A stretch of DNA of 64,000 nt from Candidatus Hadarchaeota archaeon (GTDB lineage Archaea; Hadarchaeota; Hadarchaeia; Hadarchaeales; JAGGTB01), in the NCBI GenBank assembly GCA_964384105.1, contig CAYLJV010000002.1:64001-128000 (forward strand). Reading direction: 5' to 3'. The translations under genes and the position numbers were made by a program. The first letter of the stretch is position 1, and each line of letters starts with the position of its first letter. Below, piece by piece: positions 58,675 to 64,000 of the stretch. The notes under the pieces are model-generated. The model saw only the letters and a list, made by a program, of their open reading frames with translations. It was not told where the DNA came from and searched no databases.

Positions 58675-61572
58675 CTATTCAACATAAATAGCCGGCTTAT
58701 AGGGGAGAGACTTCCTCGCTTTGTTTTGAGGATCGTAACAGTTTGGATCATCTGCTTTGAAAACTTCAACTTTTTTAGCTCCGAATTTTCCTCTTATGAA
58801 ATCTGTCGCATCAGAAATAATCTCAAACTCATCTATGTCCTTTTCAGATATGATAGAGAGCTTATCTCTCGGCACCTGTCTGACCTCTTTAACAGCATCT
58901 TTGAAGAAATCAACCAAATCCTTAGGTGGAACATCCGAGAATTTCTCTCTTCCTACCTCCATCAATTCTCCTATGTTCACCTTACCTTCTCGAACCTGAT
59001 CCATCACTACCTCATAAGCTTCTCGTTTCCATTCCTCGGAAATGTAAATGTAAATCCCATCGGGATCTTCAATTCTCGTAACTTCCAAAATCTTTCCAAT
59101 ATCCTTGCTTATATTATCCAGATAATCCTCACTGAACTCAGCAACTTTGTCAACGAACTCTTCTTCGACATCGGGCCACTTAGCTTTGGAAACAAAACCT
59201 TCTTTTCCCATTTGACTCCAGATTTCCTCGCATATATGAGGTACAAATGGAGCAAGTAATCTAACCCAAGAGTCAAATATTTTATTCAAAACCCAGTCTC
59301 GGGATTCTCCCTCATCTATTCTATTCAAATACCATCTAAGATCCTGCATCATTAAGAAAAAAGCATGTTGGGATGCCTTCCGAGTTTCAAAGTTCTCTAA
59401 TCCATCCGTGGCCTTCCGAATATGAGTCTGCAACCGGCTTAAGATCCAGAGATCAGGAAGTTCAAGGTCCGGTTTTTCATCAAAATTCGATTTCATCACC
59501 ATTCGAGAATAATTGTAAAATCTGTCGAGGTGCTTTACCATCGCTTTCGCTTCTTGGACCTGCCAGTCAAAATCCTGCCAAGGTTCTACTCCAGAAGCAA
59601 GGTACAACCTCACCGCATCCGCCCCATATTGACTAGTTGCTTCATTTATGGGAATTATATTACCCTTTGAAGAAGACATTTTTTTGCCTTCAAGCAAAGC
59701 CATCCCGAAAGAAACTATACCTCTCGGCCACTTATCGGGATTGAAAAGAGCGACGTGATGGAATATATGGAAAGTTAGATGGTTGGATATAAGTTCGTAA
59801 GCTGAAAGACGATAATCCAATGGGTACCAATATTCAACCTGTTCCCTCATTTTTCCCAGCTTTTCCTTTTCTATTCCCAAATTCTCCGATATTTCCTCTG
59901 GATAACCGATTCCCAAAAAGGTATAATCAAAAAATTCATCAGTTAACTTCTCCGGTTCAATGTCTTCCAGAATATGGGAAATAGTATAGAATATCATATA
60001 GATAGTAGAATCACTTAATGATTCGATTATCCAGCTCTGGTCCCAAGGAGCGGGGGTTCCCATTCCAACTCTTCGGGTGCAAGGCCACTCTTCGAGCCAA
60101 TCGATTGTATACTCAAACTGAGCCCTGGTTTTCGAAGGCACCAGATCCATTTCAGACAGACAATCCTTCGCTTTCATTTTCCAGCCTTCGTTCGAATAAT
60201 TCAAAAACCACTGATCCTCGACCACTTTAACTAGACACTTTGTTCCACAACGACAGATAACAGGTTTTTTGGAAAACTCATACATCGACGAACCTTCACC
60301 AGAAATAGAGAGTTCACTATGAACCTCATCCTTAGCTTCGGATACACTCATACCGGAATAATCCGGCACCCAACCTCTAAGTACACCTTCGGAAAATTCC
60401 TTTTGGTAAACTTCCTCAGTAGCCTCTTTTAGGCGAGGGTCATCCTGGCTTTCTATCCCCTCTCTTTTAACAACATCAACCGCTGGAGATTCCCCATAAT
60501 CTGGGTGTTCTATTAAAGAAATTGGCTCAATATTCCCAATATCTTCCGGACTTAACTCAAATTTCTCCAAAAAATCAGGATCCTTCTGAAGTTCAACCAA
60601 AGCGATATAATCATAGGGTGCATGAGCTGGAACCGAATAAACGATTCCGGTCGCATTGCCCGGATCAACGAATCTAGCCGGCAATATTGGTATCTTCCTA
60701 TCTATTAAAGGGGCCTCAGCTTCTTTTCCAATTAACTGGTCTTGAAGCTTTTCGACATTTCCTATATCAAAACCCTGATTTTCCAACTTCGTTAAGCCTT
60801 CTTCACTCACTACCCACTTCTCAGAATTAACCTCAGCAACCACATAATCTACTTCCGGGTTCATCCAAAGATTAGTGACCCCAAAAATAGTTTCGGGACG
60901 AAGGGTAGCTGCGGGAAGTATATATTCATCGACCTTGTATTTGAGCAAAGAATACTCAACTATGTCCACCCCCTCACCTTCTAATAAATCGTGATCGGTA
61001 ACAGGATTCTCATCACTAGGACACCACTTGACGGGGTGAGCCCCCTTACTGACTAAATCCATATCCATCAACTTATGATATTGCCACGTGATGAACTTCT
61101 TGTAATGTTCATCGATCGTTCTGAATTCTCGACGCCAGTCTATAGAATAACCAAGCATCTTCATGCCACTTTTATAACTCAAGGTGCTTTTCTCTGCGAA
61201 GTAGTCCCCAAAATATTCGGGATCCTCGAACTTTGGAATCTCTTCTTCATTGACCCCGTAGAGTCCAGTAAGAGTATCCAAGAGATCTTTGTCTCTGTTC
61301 TCAACTCTTTTAGAAGCCCCAACTAAAGGAGTCCCAGTATAATGAAACGCCATTGGGAAAAGAACATTAAATCCTTGCATTCTCTTGTATCTAGCGATTA
61401 TATCTGGGATAGTATACGTTCTGGCGTGACCAACATGCATAGGACCGGAAACATAAGGATAGGCAACTGTTAGAAAGAACTTAGGTTTATCACTATCTGG
61501 TTCGGCCTCAAAAGCATTCTTCTCTTTCCAGACATTTTGCCATTTTTTATCTACTTCTTTCCAATTAACCAT
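58675..61572 (-). CDS. leuS: Leucyl-tRNA synthetase
   Basis: YPYVSGPMHVGH, TLRPET, SVPAHAPYD, IESLSDSTIY, KMSSS. Confidence 0.97.
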   Translation of the reverse strand: MVNWKEVDKKWQNVWKEKNAFEAEPDSDKPKFFLTVAYPYVSGPMHVGHARTYTIPDIIARYKRMQGFNVLFPMAFHYTGTPLVGASKRVENRDKDLLDTLTGLYGVNEEEIPKFEDPEYFGDYFAEKSTLSYKSGMKMLGYSIDWRREFRTIDEHYKKFITWQYHKLMDMDLVSKGAHPVKWCPSDENPVTDHDLLEGEGVDIVEYSLLKYKVDEYILPAATLRPETIFGVTNLWMNPEVDYVVAEVNSEKWVVSEEGLTKLENQGFDIGNVEKLQDQLIGKEAEAPLIDRKIPILPARFVDPGNATGIVYSVPAHAPYDYIALVELQKDPDFLEKFELSPEDIGNIEPISLIEHPDYGESPAVDVVKREGIESQDDPRLKEATEEVYQKEFSEGVLRGWVPDYSGMSVSEAKDEVHSELSISGEGSSMYEFSKKPVICRCGTKCLVKVVEDQWFLNYSNEGWKMKAKDCLSEMDLVPSKTRAQFEYTIDWLEEWPCTRRVGMGTPAPWDQSWIIESLSDSTIYMIFYTISHILEDIEPEKLTDEFFDYTFLGIGYPEEISENLGIEKEKLGKMREQVEYWYPLDYRLSAYELISNHLTFHIFHHVALFNPDKWPRGIVSFGMALLEGKKMSSSKGNIIPINEATSQYGADAVRLYLASGVEPWQDFDWQVQEAKAMVKHLDRFYNYSRMVMKSNFDEKPDLELPDLWILSRLQTHIRKATDGLENFETRKASQHAFFLMMQDLRWYLNRIDEGESRDWVLNKIFDSWVRLLAPFVPHICEEIWSQMGKEGFVSKAKWPDVEEEFVDKVAEFSEDYLDNISKDIGKILEVTRIEDPDGIYIYISEEWKREAYEVVMDQVREGKVNIGELMEVGREKFSDVPPKDLVDFFKDAVKEVRQVPRDKLSIISEKDIDEFEIISDATDFIRGKFGAKKVEVFKADDPNCYDPQNKARKSLPYKPAIYVE

Positions 61573-64000
61573 CTAACTACCTCTCAACTGTCTCTTACAG
61601 ATATCAAACGCTTTTTTAGTAGCTTCTTCAAGTTTTTCTACCTTATCACCGCCACCCTGTCCCATCGAAGGCTTTCCACCTCCGCCTCCGCCGAGTATTT
61701 TTGCAGCATCCGAGGCAATTTCTCCGCAATTTACCCCTTTTTCGAGAGCACCTTCACCAGCCATTACTAATATAGTAGCCGATTCATTCGCAGTTCCCAA
61801 TATTACAACCATATCTTTATTTTCTTTGGTAAGAATCTCTCCGATCTCGACCAGTTCATCGATATCCCCGCTTTCGAGAGCCTCTACTACTACTTTAGTA
61901 TCTCCCACCGCTCTAGAGGCTGATTTCAGCTCCTTTGCCCTAATTTCGGCCAGCCTGCTTTTGAGAGAATCTATCTCTTTTTCAGCAGATTTCCACTGAT
62001 CAAAAAGCTTCTTAACAGCAGAATCTACTTCTCCAGGACTTGATCTCAGAACCTCCGAGGCTTCTTTGACTTTTTGTTCTTGATCCTGGATAGCTTCCAG
62101 AACGGGCTTCCCCGAAGCGAAAATCAATCTTTCAACACCATCCTGTATTCTTTCCCTACCGATTATCTTTATCAGCCCTACTTCCCCGGTCTTAGTACAG
62201 TGGGTTCCAGCGCAAGCTTGGGCATTCCAATCGACTATATCAACTATCCTTATTTCCCTACCCGGAACTACCCCACCCTGATACAGAGAATGACCGTACT
62301 CTCGCTCTGCCTCGTTCCGTTCCATCCAAAAAGAATTGACATCTCTGTTCTCGAAAACGATCTCGTTAGCCAATTTCTCTACTTCTCTAAGCTCATCATC
62401 AGAAATCCTCTTGAAATGAGTTACATCCAATCTAGAACTTTCCTCACCCTTTTGCACACCGTGCTGCCAGACGTGGTCTCCCAGAAGATGTCTTAGTGCA
62501 CCCAAAAGTATGTGGGTAGCCGTATGATGTCTCATGAAAGCACTTCTTCTCTCCCAATCCAACTCCCCCTCTACATTCTGACCGTTCTTTATTTCATTCG
62601 AATCTACTTTATGCAAAACGATATTATCCTTCTTCTGGACATCTAAAACTTCAAATTCCATCCCATCTATTCTTAAAACCCCTTTATCGGCGGGTTGACC
62701 GCCACCTTCGGGATAAAAAGCGGTCCGGTCTAATACCACATAACCTTCCTGCACATCAAGAATCTTTGCTTCAAATTTCTTTTTATGCGGGTTACTATAA
62801 TAGAGAGCTTCTGTATCAGGTAAATCCGTTAAATCTATATTCTTTGGAAGTTTAGATTTATCTTCAATTGATTTCTCAGAATGAGAATGGGACTCAGCTA
62901 CTTTAGCGTAGAAATCATCCTTTAGATCAACATCAACCCCCTCCTCGTTAGCTACTTCTTTAACTATCTCAGGGGGAAGTCCATGACTATCATAGAGCTC
63001 AATTAATTTCTCCGAGGGTATGATAGACTTATTTTTTTTCTTTAAGGAAGAAGACAACCTTTTAACTCTCCTCCTCCCCTGTTCCAAAGTGTCGAAATAT
63101 CTTTGTTCCTCCAAATCAACGACTTCCAGAATATAATCTTTCTTTTGGTCAAGTTCGGGAAAATCCGGAACCAACTGTTTTAGCTCCATAGCCATCAATT
63201 CCGACAGTGGCTCTTCTAAATCCAAATCTTGCATCAGCCTCATGGTGCGTCTGAGTACCAGCCGGGACAGATAACCTCCTCCTTCGTTACTGGGCGTGAT
63301 ACCATCCCCGAACATAAAAGCTAGGCATCTGAGATGGTCCGCTATAGCGTAAACATTTTCCAACGGAACCAGTAACCGGTTTAGCTCTTCGACTTCAACA
63401 CCTGTGGCCTCACTAACTCTTGAGCGAAGCATATTCAGGTCACGGCCTGTTTCTATATCCATAAGTCCAGCGAGCTTGGAATGTTTTTCTAAAATATCTT
63501 CGGGCGGTAGTGAAACTCCCGCTATCTCCCTTAAATCAGAAACAATAGGACCAAAGATAGCTTCATAACTAGTTGGAGTACCCTGAGAAGCCCAAACCAA
63601 TCTCTCAATACCGTAACCAGTATCCACTATCTTCAAGGGCAATTCGTAGCGTTCCCCATTTTCTATCCCATAGTGCATGAACACTAGAGTCGACAGTTCC
63701 AACCCCGACACATTGACCTCTAAGTCCTCTCCGGCATTGCCTCCTCCCTCCCAAAAATCTTCGACATATGTTATCTCAACCGGATCTATTCCCAAAGCCC
63801 CTGTAAGAAACTCGTGACAAAAAGCCACCGTTTCATCTGTCCAATAAACGTGATTATTCTTGGAATTGAAAGCATGGTGACCGCCCATAAAAAAAAGCGT
63901 AGTATGTCTCCCAGATCTTCCCACATTATCTATATCATTAAGTCGAATGCTGGGCTGGCTTATCACCAAAGGATTGGCGGGAGGGGGAGCTTCTCCACTA
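61573..64000 (-). CDS. alaS: Alanyl-tRNA synthetase (5' end outside window)
   Basis: QPSIR, DTGYGIER, ADH.R, YDSHG, FYPEGGGQ, HTATH, CAGTH, GGGGGK. Confidence 0.97.
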   Translation of the reverse strand, partial: SGEAPPPANPLVISQPSIRLNDIDNVGRSGRHTTLFFMGGHHAFNSKNNHVYWTDETVAFCHEFLTGALGIDPVEITYVEDFWEGGGNAGEDLEVNVSGLELSTLVFMHYGIENGERYELPLKIVDTGYGIERLVWASQGTPTSYEAIFGPIVSDLREIAGVSLPPEDILEKHSKLAGLMDIETGRDLNMLRSRVSEATGVEVEELNRLLVPLENVYAIADHLRCLAFMFGDGITPSNEGGGYLSRLVLRRTMRLMQDLDLEEPLSELMAMELKQLVPDFPELDQKKDYILEVVDLEEQRYFDTLEQGRRRVKRLSSSLKKKNKSIIPSEKLIELYDSHGLPPEIVKEVANEEGVDVDLKDDFYAKVAESHSHSEKSIEDKSKLPKNIDLTDLPDTEALYYSNPHKKKFEAKILDVQEGYVVLDRTAFYPEGGGQPADKGVLRIDGMEFEVLDVQKKDNIVLHKVDSNEIKNGQNVEGELDWERRSAFMRHHTATHILLGALRHLLGDHVWQHGVQKGEESSRLDVTHFKRISDDELREVEKLANEIVFENRDVNSFWMERNEAEREYGHSLYQGGVVPGREIRIVDIVDWNAQACAGTHCTKTGEVGLIKIIGRERIQDGVERLIFASGKPVLEAIQDQEQKVKEASEVLRSSPGEVDSAVKKLFDQWKSAEKEIDSLKSRLAEIRAKELKSASRAVGDTKVVVEALESGDIDELVEIGEILTKENKDMVVILGTANESATILVMAGEGALEKGVNCGEIASDAAKILGGGGGGKPSMGQGGGDKVEKLEEATKKAFDICKRQLRGS

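Overview
Archaeal chromosomal window, judged from TBP, thermosome, histone, aEF-1alpha, archaeal RibK/RibC, DKFP-type AroA'/AroB', PPS and A1-U72 tRNA-Gln. The E/K-rich proteome would fit an anaerobic brine or subsurface euryarchaeal-type lineage such as MSBL1/Hadarchaeota, but that is inference only. It holds a riboflavin operon, 4 tRNAs, an ~18 kb trp/aro/tyr/phe supercluster, pantothenate genes, leuS and alaS, and a ~9.4 kb accessory island of secreted and membrane genes (serpin, beta-helix protein, membrane-anchored wHTH regulator) with duplicated bidirectional promoters. Best novelty candidates: (1) an aldehyde:ferredoxin oxidoreductase fused to 3-hexulose-6-phosphate synthase, between PPS and panB (possible formaldehyde channelling); (2) a chorismate mutase-TrpY fusion with TRP boxes flanking the trpE TATA box; (3) an operon of two apparently catalytically dead paralogs (ThiI-like and EPSPS-like), plus other degenerate housekeeping homologs (gamma-CA, aIF5A without GKHG, short-alpha2 histone); (4) an unannotated ~110 nt structured RNA with an anti-SD sequence; (5) a tail-anchored Rho_N/HeH protein with emerin-like architecture. 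No CRISPR array, rRNA, transposase or integrase was seen. All family calls come from motif recognition by eye; no database search was run.
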